This document shows positions 1 to 13,255 of a stretch of DNA of 64,000 nt, piece after piece. The notes beneath the pieces are model-generated. The model was given only the letters and a program-made list of their open reading frames with translations. It searched no databases and was not told the origin of the DNA. Each line of letters opens with the position of its first letter. Within the stretch, counting starts at the first letter, position 1. The stretch comes from Octopus sinensis (Eukaryota): positions 37,076,001 to 37,140,000 of the forward strand of contig NC_043013.1 in the NCBI RefSeq assembly GCF_006345805.1. Reading direction: 5' to 3'. A program made the translations under genes and the position numbers.

Positions 1-258
1 CACCCATTGTTTTCCAGAGGTGAACTATTCAAACCCCAAAGAATCCCTCTCAACACATGGCTATGTGATGCCCCCCACTACTTCTGCTCGTGATCAGAGA
101 TGCACATATCGTCAGCCACTAAGGGACATGCTCAACTGGTTATGGTCAAACAACTGACAAGCAAATCTGTGGTATTGAGCAGAATATTTGCTGTAGCCCA
201 TCTTTTATACCAACTGTAGCCCATCTTTTATACCAACTGTAGCCCATCTTTTATACCA
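1..258. mobile_element. Unclassified interspersed repeat fragment (probable LINE piece), ending in a triplicated 23-mer
   Basis: GACAGCCACT/GGACATGCTCAACT...CTGTAGCCCAT(C)TTTTATACCAA is shared with 58408-58530. No ORF similarity recognised. Confidence 0.5.
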
Positions 259-624
259 TTATTATTATTATTATTATTATTATTTTAAAATGAATGACGT
301 AACTCTTCTCAATAGTAAACTGAGAAGACGAAAAGCGCGATGCAATTGTAGAAGATATTTTATTGGCTAAACGATATTTCGACTTCAAGCTTTTATTTGT
401 CGAGGTCATAATGTGAAGTGATAAAAATTCTAAATTATAGAAATTTAAATTTAAATTATGAAAGAGAGTAACCAGCGTCCACACATTGATAGAATAACAT
501 CATCAGCTTTGAAATTTCGATATTATAACAGACGAAAAGAAAAAGACAGAAGAACAAGGCAGTAAAAAAGAGGAGAGAAAAAAGAGAAAAAGAAGAATAT
601 TTAATGAAATAATTTTGTACAAAT

Positions 625-1175
625 TTGATGATTTTCTCCTGTCATTTTATTCATTCATTCAGGGCGTGATATTAATAACAAGCAAACATATTTCTCCTCA
701 TGCATTTTGAGTGAAAGCAAAGCTGATTCGGAATATTTTATGAGAATAACCACCTTCAAGTCTTTTTCAAAATTGCAGATGTTTGAATCAAAATGTTCGG
801 CTACTTCTGTCGAACAACTCTTATTGTGCCTGACGTCATATCTGGGCACATTTAGTCTTATGTTTAATTGTTCTGTTGTTATACAACTAACATAAATCAA
901 GTTGTGTTTTATGCATTCTGCCGCGTACACCGAACGGGAATCTCAACATGTCCCGCCTTCTGTATAAATCATAACATTTCCGTTATGTTTCCTGATGGAA
1001 TTCACTCGATTCCTGATGATGCACAATGAACTGGGCTTATCTCTCCTGCGGCTGCTTTGCAAGGTACAGCGTGCAGATACTGCATGTTCATTTTCTTGGA
1101 GTCAGGAATACAGGTTAATAATTCTCTTATGTTCTTATTCTGTCTAAAGGCTACAATAGGCGGCTGATATTTCCT
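625..1175 (-). pseudogene. Decayed Penelope-like element ORF C-terminus (linker plus GIY-YIG endonuclease)
   Basis: ORF 1002-1223 contains PPIVAFRQNKNIRELL, matching the PLE linker motif PP.VA(F/Y)RR.KNL..LL. ORF 655-930 contains YAAECIKHNLIYVSC..EQLNIRLN..RYDVRHNKSC.TEVAEHF..LKVVIL..MHEEKYVCLL, matching the GIY-YIG pattern Y...C..C...YVG....L..R...HR......VA.HF. Frameshifted. May extend to ~1500 beyond the (CA)n tract. Confidence 0.75.
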
Positions 1176-2220
1176 ACACATATACATACATACACACATA
1201 CATTTACTCATACAGACATGCATAGATACTGCTAATTATCGAACGAAGCTTATTCAAATGGCACGAGAATCTAATGATCTATTTCACACACACACAGACA
1301 CACACATACACACACACAGACACACATACACACACACGCACACACACATACACATACTAATAATAAATGATATTGCATGTTGATACTCTTGTAATTGGTA
1401 AAGAAATCACTGGATAGTTTCATAGATCTATTTGTAAACCTCGCGTAAATTGGCGGCAACATTCCATGTTATTCTCATTAGATTTCAAAACCTCTCGTGC
1501 TCTAAAGAGTTTTCAAAGAAATATTATTTATGTTTTCATTTCAAAATCATTCAAAACAAAAATTAAAGGTTTTATAAGAACTGGAATTGTCTTAGGGCAA
1601 AATCTTGAAGCAAAGAATTAAATACATTTTTGTGAGGAGACAAATACCAGAGGCAGAGTTTAACTATTATGCTTTTTTAAATTTTTTATATAGTTTCACT
1701 AATTAGTACTTTGTATCCTGGAAGTTTTTCTCCTGTTTATTGCATTTCGAAATAAAGTGCAGAATACCAGAGAGTATATATATATGTGCACGCGTATGCA
1801 TGTGAGTGTTTGTTAGACTGTGAGAGTGTGAGAGTGTCTATGTGTGTGTATGCTAATGAATGCGAGAGAGGATTAAAAAGTGGTAATGCAAGAAATTGAA
1901 TGACTTTTATTTTTATTTTTTTTAATATTTGTTAATCAGAGATTTTAGGTACAACAGTGTTGTTGAAGAGAACGAATGAATTTCAATGCCTAGTAGGTTA
2001 ATAGCAGATAAATACACACACACACACATAAATATATATAGATAGATAGATGGATTGATAGATAGATAGAAAGAAAAACAGTATACATAGTATACAATAC
2101 TATACATATGCTTTCATATAAATTTCTATTCACCTGTACTAGTATAATCAAGTATATATCTATATGTATGAGTGCTTGCGTGAATTTGTATACATGCATA
2201 TATATATATATATATATAAA

Positions 2221-2538
2221 GACTCCGCCGGTTACGACGACGAGGGTCCCAGCTGATACGATCAACGGAACAGCTTGCTCGTGAAATTAACGTGCAAATG
2301 GCTGAGCATTCCACAGACACGTGTACCCTTAACGTAGTTCTCGGGGATAATCAGCGTGACACAGAGAGTGACAAGGCTGACCCTTTGAAATACAAGTACA
2401 ACTCATTTTTGCCAGCTGAGTGGACTGGAGCAACGTGAAATAAAGTGTCTTGCTCAAGGACACAACGCGTCACCGGGAATCGAACTCACAACCCTACGAT
2501 CATGAGCCGAATGCCCTAACCACTAAGCCACGCGCCCT

Positions 2539-2541
<3 letters not shown>
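2221..2541 (-). mobile_element. tRNA-derived SINE (CORE-like head plus tail type C)
   Basis: Minus strand A box TGGCTTAGTGG and B box GTTCGATTCC. Followed by TGTGTCCTTGAGCAAGACACTT...CCAGTCCACTCAGCTGGCAAAAATGAGT (CORE-like) and a tail shared with 4705-5079 and 33128-33475. Confidence 0.85.
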
Positions 2542-2542
<1 letters not shown>

Positions 2543-2629
<87 letters not shown>

Positions 2630-2650
2630 GATATATATTATATATTATAT

Positions 2651-2728
<78 letters not shown>

Positions 2729-2740
2729 TATATATATAGA

Positions 2741-2825
<85 letters not shown>
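2543..2825. repeat. (TA)n microsatellite
   Basis: Direct reading. Confidence 0.95.
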
Positions 2826-2828
<3 letters not shown>

Positions 2829-3571
2829 GTGTGGCATGTGTGTGTGTGTATGTATGTATATATATATATACATACCAGAAAGACTTTTGGAGTGACTTCA
2901 AAGCCCTTGTAAAAAATTAGTATGTTACTACGAAAGACCATTAGGCGATCGTTTAGTTGAATTTATTTTTACATAAATTCACATAGAGACAGCGTATGTG
3001 TTAGTGTGTGGCTGTGAGTGTGTTTGTATGTATTTATACAGTAAGTTACAATCAAATAATGACTCGCATTACATAACGTTGGTTACTTTCCATCACGTAT
3101 CAAACAAGAATGTTATTTTGAAAGAGCATTATTGGTATTGTGGATGTAATCGCTAATAAATTTAGAAATGTAGAATGTTTAATCATGGTGGAATTCAAAT
3201 TTTACCAGCTGTGCGCTTGGCGAAAGAAGGTACAAAAGTATCACCTTCTTAGCTCGTAATTTACAGAAACGAAATTCTTTGTATTATTAACGGAACTGGT
3301 AAACATAAGTGATAGTAAATCAGTATATTAGCGGTCCCTTTAATCGATTTTTATGCCGCCAGTCAACTGTCATACACGAGATCTATGTTTAAACAGATCT
3401 TAGAGGTTTTCATATTGATATTTTGTGTATCAAAGATATTGTTCCATCATATCGGACTTTGTTTAAATTATAATCGCTTGATTTGAGTGAAATTTTGCAG
3501 TTATTTACAGCAGTTTGAGTAACGTCATTGAGGCTGTCTTCCTGCTTCATAGGCTAGTGGTTGTGTGGATA

Positions 3572-3785
3572 GGCATAGGAGTGGTTGTGTGGTAAGTAGT
3601 TTGCTTACGAACCATATGGTTCCGGGTTCAGTCCCACTGCGTGGCACCTTGGGCAAGTATCTTCTACTATGGCCTCGGGCCGACCAAAGCCTTGTCAGAG
3701 GATTTGGTGGACGGAAACTGAAAGAAGCTCATCGTATGTATGTACGTATGCATGTATGTATGTATGTATGTTTATATGCGTGTGT

Positions 3786-3829
<44 letters not shown>

Positions 3830-4046
3830 TTGTGTGTCGGTGTTTATCCCCCCAACATCGCTTGACAACTGATGCTGGTGTGTTTACATCCCCGTAACTT
3901 AGCGGTTCGGCAAAATAGACCGATAGAATAAGAACTCGGCTTACAAAGAATAAGTGCTGGGGTCGTTTTGCTCGACTAAAGTTGGTGCTCCAGCATGGCC
4001 GCAGTCAAATGGCTGAAACGAGCAAAAGAGTAAATGAGTAAAAGAG
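3572..4046 (+). mobile_element. SINE family A (full length, internal TG/TA microsatellite)
   Basis: GGC(A)TAGGAGTGGTTGTGTGGTAAG head, GGTTCAGTCCC B-box-like motif, tail GGTGCTCCAGCATGGCCGCAGTCAAATGGCTGAAAC..AAAGAGT. Multiple copies in the window. Confidence 0.85.
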
Positions 4047-4272
4047 TTTGCGAAATGGCAATGAAATCTCACCCAATTATAATTTATTGTCTTAAACGAT
4101 AACAGTCACTCAAATGGTTGGTTTGAGTCGGTATTATGTATCATGAGTTCGCTAGATATGTTTTAGGGGACTTACAGGCGAACACTCGCACTTTCTACCC
4201 ATAGCCCATCAGAAATAACTTTCAGAAGTTGATAAAGAGAAGCAGAGAGGGAGAGAAGGAGATGAGAGAAAT

Positions 4273-4320
<48 letters not shown>

Positions 4321-4704
4321 GCGAGAGATAGTGAGAGAGGAGAGTGAGAGGTGACAGTGAGGTAGAAGAACAACATCAGATGAAGGGCCTTGCTGAAGGA
4401 GAAATCGTGCCTCACGGTCCAATTTTCGAAATCCCGACCTGATAATCATGTACCTTATATCTTAAGCACAAGGTCACTTCTCGTCGTATTACGTAGGTTA
4501 GTGGGTGTGGTTATACCTAAAGTACCTTTAATCTTAGGTCCACTGGATCATATATTTCATACCCTGCCTTGTTAAAAGCTGAGTATTTTCTATTACTAAA
4601 GATTTGCCTGGATTTAATAATGTATCAAGTTACCAAAACCGATCATCAGAGAATGTAGAACATTACATAACCACTGAACACAAACTAGAAGCACTCATAT
4701 ATCA

Positions 4705-5079
4705 GTGGAAGCACGATGATGGTTCCGGTTGATCCGAATCAACGAAACAGCCTGCTCGTGAAATTACCGTGTAAGTGGCTGAGCACTCCACAGACACGTG
4801 CACCCTTAACGTAGTTCTCGGGGATATTCAGCGTGACACAGAGAGTGACAAGGCCGGCCCCTTGAAATAAAGGTACAACAGAAACAGGAAGTAAGAGCGA
4901 GAGAAAGTTTTGGTGAAAGAGTACAGTAGGGATCACCACCATCCCCTGCCGGAGCCTCGTGGAGCCTTTTAGGTGTTTTCGCTCAATAAACACAAACAAC
5001 GTCCGATCTGGGAATCGAAACCGCGATCCTATGACCGCGAGTCCGCTGCCCTAACCACTGGGCCATTGCGCCTCCACAC
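4705..5079 (-). mobile_element. tRNA-derived SINE family C
   Basis: Minus strand TGGCCCAGTGGTTAGGGCAGCGG...GGTTTCGATTCC tRNA-like head. Homologous to 33128-33475. Confidence 0.85.
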
Positions 5080-5424
5080 TCATATATTAAGACTGTATAA
5101 AACAAACTGGTCACCTACATAAATATTTATTCCTCACGTATACGTGTAAGACGAACGCCTTAAGCACAAAATGCGCAAGAGGCAACGATATCTAGCTGTG
5201 CGTACATTTACATAACCATACACGCGCATTTATTGAAAACAATTACACAAATAATATAACTTGTATAAATTCATAAAACCTACACATTATCATTAGTAAT
5301 AACGGGGACGTGAAACACTGAGTACCAGCTTTTTGTGATGTCATTGCACATTTATTGATAACGCATACCTCCGGTATTCGAGTACTATATTTTCCAACTA
5401 GTTTGGCATTTATGGGCTTACTCT

Positions 5425-5458
<34 letters not shown>

Positions 5459-5782
5459 AATTTGATTAATATCAATTGAAAACCAGTGGCCTAGCATATG
5501 CGGACGTCCCGTGTATAGTTCTGCAAATTATATTTTGCTATGACGTTCACGCTGATGAATTGCAGACATTTACGTAAGTATTACGTAAGTGGTAACAACG
5601 AAATCGGGTTTTTCATTAATCTTTATATTTTGTATCTTTTCATTTGTCTTGCTCGCTTACGTTCAGGCGTGTGCTGAATTTTCTTGAGAACAATGTTTTC
5701 TTAGTGGTCAGACAAAATGGGGTCCGCTTCAAGCATAATTGATGTCCAGCTAGTGATCATCCCTCTTGTATGTATGTTTTAT

Positions 5783-5825
<43 letters not shown>

Positions 5826-5975
5826 AACAAAAATGCAATAGAGGTCATTAAAACATTCGGACAGATAGACGATACAAAGGCGAACAAGAGAAACAACAAT
5901 TAGAAGGACGGGCCCCAAAAAGATGGGTTATTCGTGGCTATTTTTCCTCAGTCACATTCCAGAAGTTACGACCAT
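5826..5975 (-). mobile_element. Interspersed repeat family with degenerate hammerhead-like core (possible PLE pLTR-derived)
   Basis: Similar to 14099-14250 and 28500-28860. Minus strand CTGAGGA...GAAT. Confidence 0.45.
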
Positions 5976-6050
5976 TTCGGGCAGCAAGTGTGTGTATGTT
6001 TGTGTGTGTGTTTGTATGTGTAAGTGTGTATGTGTGTGTGTATGTATGTA

Positions 6051-6091
<41 letters not shown>

Positions 6092-6802
6092 TACTTGTGT
6101 GTGTATGTCTACATATATATCTGTGCGTGTGTGTGTGTGTGAATTTACATATATGTTCACACGCAGATATGCCTGTCTGGAAGTGCAATTTTAGAAAGAC
6201 GACGAACTATATGCAGCATCCTTGTTACTAAATCCGCTTTAAGCTAAAACTACAAAATATTCTCATTAAAATTAAATACTAAGATTAATTAAAGAGACAT
6301 CCTCACTCATATATAGACCATTTGAAGTTTTAACACAAAGAATAAGAAAAATTTATAAAATCTTCATTAAATCACCGAAATTTCGCTCTAAGATATTTTG
6401 TCATAATTTCTCTTTATCCCTTTACGAAATGCGTATAAGCACACATATCTATATTTGTATTTATGTTATCATTTATATATGTATATATGTATGTATATAT
6501 GTATGTATATATGTGATTATAAATGTATATGTGATTGTAGTTATTGTGTGTGTATACATATGTGTGTGTAAACGTATGCTTCTTCATAATCAAATGGCTC
6601 ATACAAGCAGAAGTATTCATATTTCATATACATATATACATAGATACACACATATATATTACATATATATGTACATGTACATATAATATACATATATATA
6701 CATGTTATATATATATATATATAGATTATATATATAATATATACATATATATATACATATATATATGTATATATATATTTACATATATATATACATATAT
6801 AT

Positions 6803-6835
<33 letters not shown>

Positions 6836-7487
6836 CAATATATATATATATATATATACATATCATTTTGTGTGATTGAGTGCGTGCGTGTTAATTGGCG
6901 AAATTCGTCTGCCTTGATTGTAAGTATTGAAAGTGTATATACGGCAGCCCGCGTGCTCTTGAATTAATACGTGTGGTTTTTAGAGATATACATATATACA
7001 TAAACACACACATACACATGCACACGGTCACATCTGCACATACATACTTTCAAAATACGGATATATTGACATAGGTATACATAGCAGATATTTCGTGGCG
7101 CATGTACACATTAACGAAATCGCATACTTTCACACAAACAGCGATGTACTTTGTGTCCTGTTTTTTTTTTCCTACACTTTCATTGAATATATCACGAAAA
7201 TCAGTTGATTGAAAAAAAATATACTAAAAGTTAAAGATGCTACAATCTCTAACTCGTGCGAGAACTAAATTGATGTCTGTGTGGTGCCATTTCAACTTTA
7301 TACATTTACTATATATAATTCGTAATTGTTGGATTTGTTGAATACACACGCACAGAATCATGCGAACATACACATACACAAACACACACGCACACATATG
7401 AATGTGTGTGCGTATATATATACATATATAATAGTGTGTGTATGTGTGTGTGTGTACATATATATATATATGTATATATATATATAT

Positions 7488-7537
<50 letters not shown>

Positions 7538-8141
7538 CGCTGCACAATATTGCGTTCATCGATTTCATATAGTCTTGGTCATAGCCCCATAGACATCGAC
7601 TATGTTTTTGAGCACAATTAGTAAACAAATAAATGTCTCCATTAATTGAGTTAAGATTTTCCTTGTTAATTAAATGTTTGTGTACTACCAAGAGACGCAG
7701 ACAAACACGGGCATACATACAAAAACACATTCTCACACATAATCGAACACACACGCACATGCTCACACACATACTAAGATTAACATACACTCTCTTCCAC
7801 ACAAATATACAGTTTGCTGGAATTTGCGTCAATATAATCATGCTACAGCTTAGGGACTCATAATCCGCAGGGCCCAAAAAATAATTAATAGGTATATATG
7901 ATATATCTTAATTTTTGCGAGACAGTCTTCTAGAATTTTTAACAAGGTGTCACTAAGTGTGATATAACGTAGGGATTTATGCGAACTAATTCCGCCAGTG
8001 TATTCAGTGTATTTATGTATGTATGTGAGTGAGTATCCATATGTGTGTATTTATCGATAGAGATATACACAAGCACACCACACGCATGTATGCATATATA
8101 TATATATATATTATAATATATATATATATTATATATATATA

Positions 8142-8208
<67 letters not shown>

Positions 8209-8246
8209 TGATCAAAATAAAATAAAAACATGATGCGAAGGATTCA

Positions 8247-8324
8247 GCGGTACATATGTTTCGGGCCTTTATTAGACAGATTTATAACAATGCATAATGT
8301 ATGTCTGTGGCCTTCTTCAGCCGC
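8247..8324 (-). ncRNA. Type I hammerhead ribozyme motif, catalytic core intact
   Basis: Minus strand GCGG-CTGAAGA-AGGCC...GGCCC-GAAA-CATAT-GTA-CCGC. Stem I GCGG/CCGC, stem II GGCC/GGCC extended by ACAGA/TCTGT, palindromic stem III ACATATGT, GUA cleavage triplet. Confidence 0.75.
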
Positions 8325-9598
8325 GCACAACAGCTTCCACAATGACATGTGTTACATCAAAAATTCTTGGTTGGGGATGCGAATCCTCTCATTCGCGTAC
8401 GACATAATGCGGCAGCAGCATAGAATTGAAGTGTCCATCTCCTTCTTCTCTCAATGTAGAATGAGGAAAACTGGATGTTGAGGTAATGTAAATAAATAAA
8501 TACATATATAGACGTGAAGATGGAGGGGTGAGAATTCGGGACCAGGGATAACAAATGTATAAAAGGTGTAAGTATAGAAAAATATAAAAATGTAGAACAT
8601 AAAGATATAAAGAGTTATAAGGAGATGTAAAGGGGTATAAAGGATATAAAGAAATATAAAGAAATATAAGTAAAGTAAAGGCATAAGGTTATAAAGTAAA
8701 AATAGAAATAGAAATAAGAGTAAAAAAACATGATAAAAACATGATAAAAATGTAAAAGAATGTAAAGATAAGGGATGTATAGAGGTTACGGACCAAGCAT
8801 GGTGGTCAGGAGATGATAAAATTTAGTTGTAGAATTGTCAGCAAATCAACAGTTTCGTCTGGGGACCTAATGTGTTGTAAATCAGAGTTGATGAGCATTT
8901 AATCTGGTTTCTTGAATTAAATAGACTTCTAGTACATACATATCATCATGGATACATTACACCCACATACACGCGTACATATACGCCTCCAAGCCTATAG
9001 CATACACACGCACTCGCGTGTAAACATGTACATAAACACACCGCACCCACACGCACGCGCGTACACACACATACATACAACAGAATATCCGCATGCATAC
9101 ACGGACACTATACGCGTACACACTCACATGTACATACGCGCCCATCCCTACATACACACACGTATATGCCCACGCCTCTAGGTCTAGATATAAGATATTA
9201 AAGGATGTATATAAGAACATATGTAAACAGTCACGTACTCATGTCTATACGTGCACGCACACACGGCTGTGTGTCCGTATGCGCGTGCACATATACACTC
9301 ACATACACAGAGACACACGCGCACATGGGTATGCTATAAGATATCGAAATATGCATGTACATATATGCGCGTGCATATGTATGTATGCTTATACACACGT
9401 ACGCGGACGTCGTATAGTCAAAAAGTGGATCTATAGGTAAGTAAATAAACATATATAGAGGTATAAAGCGATAAGTTAGGGGTAAGAATGTGGGTAAGGG
9501 TAAAAATTAGAAATAAAAAATACAGTATAAAAAATAAGAAATACAATGTAATAGTTAGAAATGAAATATAAGAATTATAAAAATTATATATATATACT

Positions 9599-9771
9599 CT
9601 TTTACTCGTTTCAGTCATTTAACTGTGGCCATGCTGGAGCACCGCCTTTAAAATTGTGGCGAAAGAGTCAGCAGAAGTTCTCCACTACACTCTGCCGGAG
9701 CCACAAGAATTCTGAGATTCGAATCGCGATCCTCGACCCCAAGTCCGCTGCTCTGACCACTAGACCATGTG
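9599..9771 (-). mobile_element. Short SINE: tRNA-like head joined directly to the family-A tail
   Basis: Minus strand TGGTCTAGTGGTCAGAGCAGCGG...GATTCGAATC head, then GGCGGTGCTCCAGCATGGCCACAGT..GACTGAAAC tail. Confidence 0.75.
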
Positions 9772-9772
9772 T

Positions 9773-9919
<147 letters not shown>

Positions 9920-10046
9920 GTATTGTGTGTAGAGAATAAAATATTTTGAATGACACAACAACTACAATAATACAAACAATGTACTATAATAACTATTGTA
10001 TTTTAATCATCCATATTCTGATATAATATTTCAGAATATGTATATC

Positions 10047-10078
<32 letters not shown>

Positions 10079-10137
10079 TATATATATATATATATATATA
10101 TTATAATATATATATATATATATATACATATATATAT

Positions 10138-10170
<33 letters not shown>

Positions 10171-10178
10171 ATAGTTTT

Positions 10179-10500
10179 CAACTATAGCCGCGGGCTGACC
10201 AAAACCTTGTGAGTGGATTTGGTAGACGGAGACTGAAAGAAGCCCGTCGGATATATGTATTTATACATGCATGTGCGTGTATGTTTGTGTGTTTGTGTTT
10301 ATCCCTCAACATCGCTTGGCAACCGATGCGGGTGTGTTTACGTCCCCGTAAGTTAGCGGTTCAGTAAAAGTTACCGATAGAATATGTACTAGGCTTACAA
10401 AAAATAAGTCCTGGAATCGATTTGGTCGACTAAAGGTAGTGCTCCAGCATGGCCACAGTCGCATGACTGAAACAAGTAAAAGAGTAAAAAGAGTAAATGA
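10179..10500 (+). mobile_element. SINE family A, 5'-truncated
   Basis: Matches the body and tail of 3572-4046. Confidence 0.8.
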
Positions 10501-10504
10501 GAAT

Positions 10505-11300
10505 AGTGCTAAAACGATGGGAAGAAAAGCCATTACCAAATATTAGGATAAGCTAAACAGAAAATAACTAGACAAACTAAAATCCCAACAATGGCTGAGG
10601 ACTCAAAGCAGAAACTGAAGGATTTTTAATTGCAGCACAAGATCAGTGCCTTCCCACCAGAAATCACATTGAGCACATAAATAAATATTTAAGTAATTGC
10701 AGAATATGTGATGATAGGGAAAAACAGTAAATCATGTCATTGGCTGCCCACTCCTATCTAAGAAGGTCTGTATCCACAGTCATGACAGATTTGGGACCTA
10801 TATACGCTGGAAGCTATGCCAACGCTATGGAATAACAGAAAAAAGATTGTATAGGTACACCCCAGTTCTCAGAGAATGATAAGCAGCCATTCTCTGGGAT
10901 ACGCCAATACATACAGATAGAGATCAAGGAAAAAGTAGCCTCTAATCGACGTATCAATACCAACAGATGACAATATATCTCTAAAAGAAACGGAGAAACT
11001 CTCACAATACGAAGATGGAATCAGACTTATTTCGAACGGGGAGCCTAACAATAGAAACACACTTTGTAATAATAGCTGCATTAGATATAATAAAAAAAAA
11101 CATTCATATCAATACGTAATCAAAACGCCACGACTTACGAATGTACGTAACATACATAAAATAGCAATAGTAGGAACCAGGCACATCCTACGTGAAGCAC
11201 TTCCAAAATAGTGAAACTAAGAAAAACACAACTTGTACGCAAGGCACGCAGATCTGTGCTCGGCAGGGCAGTAAAAGTATGGGATAAGAGTAAGACAACT
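10505..11300 (+). pseudogene. Decayed RLE-type non-LTR retrotransposon 3' part (R4/Dong-like): CCHC knuckle, PD-(D/E)xK nuclease and 3' UTR
   Basis: Hand translation gives RWEEKP..., EGFLIAAQDQCLPTRN, CRICDD..TVNHVIGCPLLSK..HDR.GTYI.WKLCQRYG, KETEKLSQYED and IAIVGTRHILRE, all typical of RLE LINE C-termini. Many frameshifts. Confidence 0.8.
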
Positions 11301-12239
11301 GAATAACAGTTACCTTTCTCCTTTTATCCTTGACAATATCAAACTTATACCAAAAGTCATTTTTCTCTCAGACTTTTCTTATCTTCACCGTAAGGTCCAG
11401 CGCAGCATTTAGTGTTTAATTTTGTAATTCTGTTTCTACGATATTTGGTGGTCCACGACACGTCTCAAAGACAGCTTTTGGTATGGTTAGCAACGCTACC
11501 ATTATCAACACACGCCAGCTTCAAGTCTGCTGTGTAGGAAACTCTGTTCTTACTCTAACGCTCTTTACTCATTAGAACTACATAGCTACATACCCTTGCT
11601 AACGAAGGTATTCCCCTCTTCTCCTCTGCTATTTCCCTATCAACGCCCATTCTTCCTTCTCGAGAACACCAACTAGTTATCAATTCTCCTAAATGAAAGT
11701 CAACAAACACTACTCTCCCAACCCGTTGGTGGGTCTCTTAATTTTGTGGATGTACTCCCTTCCTCATCCTACTTTATGGTTATTAAATTAAATGAGAAGT
11801 GGAAAAAAAAACGATATATTGCCCCAAAGCACTTAATTTAAAAGCTATTTCGATGTAAAATTCAATCAATCCTGGAGTGTCCCCGCAAACTTTTCTTTTA
11901 AAAAGTGTAAAGTGTCTTGTGTCAGAAATGGAATTATTTTTAATTAATGACAAATCAAAAACGCGGAACATTTAAATCTCAAAAAAAAAAAAATGAAATT
12001 GCTCAAGGGTCAGCGACACGCATATCTATATAGATAAATACATACATATATACAAAGCCGCAAGTAGATAGTTAAATACATAATACACAAACACACACAC
12101 ATACATACACATTTTACATATATTATATACACATGTCAATGGTTTATGTGGTACGTTATTTGAAATATCTGTATTTGTCTCTATTTCATCTCTCTCTCGC
12201 TTTCTCCATAAGCATCTACTGTTGAAGTTAAAGACTTTG

Positions 12240-12790
12240 TGAAGAAATGGTCCTTATTTATATCCAACACCACATTGTGGATGCCCGCCTTTAGTATTGT
12301 TGATGAAGGTGTCGATTAGTCTTCCTTTCATGATCAACCAAATCGCTGTAGTCCATGGGATTTAAATCTGGCGAGTTCGGAGTCTACGATGTTTGGTGTA
12401 ACATGATTCTATTTATTGTCTGGCATCCGTACCAGGGTTACGTGGGTTTTGTGAGAAGGTGCCTTCTTCTACGTACTTTATCCACCCAAGGCACCTCAAC
12501 GCATCATTCGGCATTAATGTTAAGAGCATGTTGAAAGAAATAAGGTGACATGACATGATCTTAGACACTCATCCTCTCTAAAACTATCCCGATTGCTGAA
12601 AACCTAGTCTGCATTGCTCAGATGACATTAGAAGGCTATGCACAAAACCAGCTCTGATTTGTCCTGTTAAACTGTTGGCCTTGACCGACATTTTTATCAT
12701 TAGAAAACAGCAAAAATTTTCATGCACGCGAGGACATCTAATCTTTTTTGTACGTTAAACACCTGGCACGAGTAAATAAGCTTTTTGTAT
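12240..12790 (-). pseudogene. Decayed Tc1/mariner-superfamily transposase (catalytic domain)
   Basis: Minus strand hand translation FSNDKNVGQGQQFNRTNQSWFC (cf. FSDEK.F......N..N.RW) and TPNSPDLNPMDY (cf. WPPNSPDLNP.DY). No TIRs identified. Confidence 0.75.
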
Positions 12791-13059
12791 CTTTTAAATA
12801 AAAATCTGCATCTGCTCTGAGTACATATGAGTTTATCGACACCAGGGGTTCGAAACAATTGTAGTGATTAATAAAAATTCGCGTATTTTCCATCTTCCTT
12901 CTTTCATTAACCACATTTTATATGTATATATATATTATATATATATATATTATATATATATATATATATGTTGTATATACATATACATATACATAAATAA
13001 TATACATATATGTACATATACATACACACACACACATACATATATATATATTCTTTTCT

Positions 13060-13255
13060 TTTACTTCTTTCAGTCATTTGACTGCGGCCAGGATGGAGCG
13101 CCGCCTTTAGTCGAACAAATTGAGCCCAGGGATAATTCTTTGTAAGCCTAGTACTTATTCTGTAGGGTCTTTTGCCGAACGGCTACGTTATGGAGATTTA
13201 AACATCGGTTGTCAAGTGATGTGAAGGGGACAAACGCAAGCACAAATACATACAT
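13060..13255 (-). mobile_element. SINE family A, 3' half
   Basis: Reverse-complement match to the family-A tail and body. Confidence 0.8.

Noticed and set aside
365-410. Hammerhead-like GAC...GTC-GAAA downstream of the PLE remnant (minus strand)
   Set aside because: The CUGANGA half is too degenerate and stems I and III cannot be formed.
2480-2541. tRNA-like sequences at SINE heads
   Set aside because: They have A/B boxes but no complete cloverleaf and run into SINE bodies, so they are not tRNA genes.
4611-4654. CTGATGA-TCGGTT...-GATA (minus strand)
   Set aside because: GAAA is not intact and the stems are poor.
5570-5588. Tandem TTACGTAA palindromes (PAR-bZIP-like sites)
   Set aside because: Short motifs in AT-rich DNA with no linked gene.
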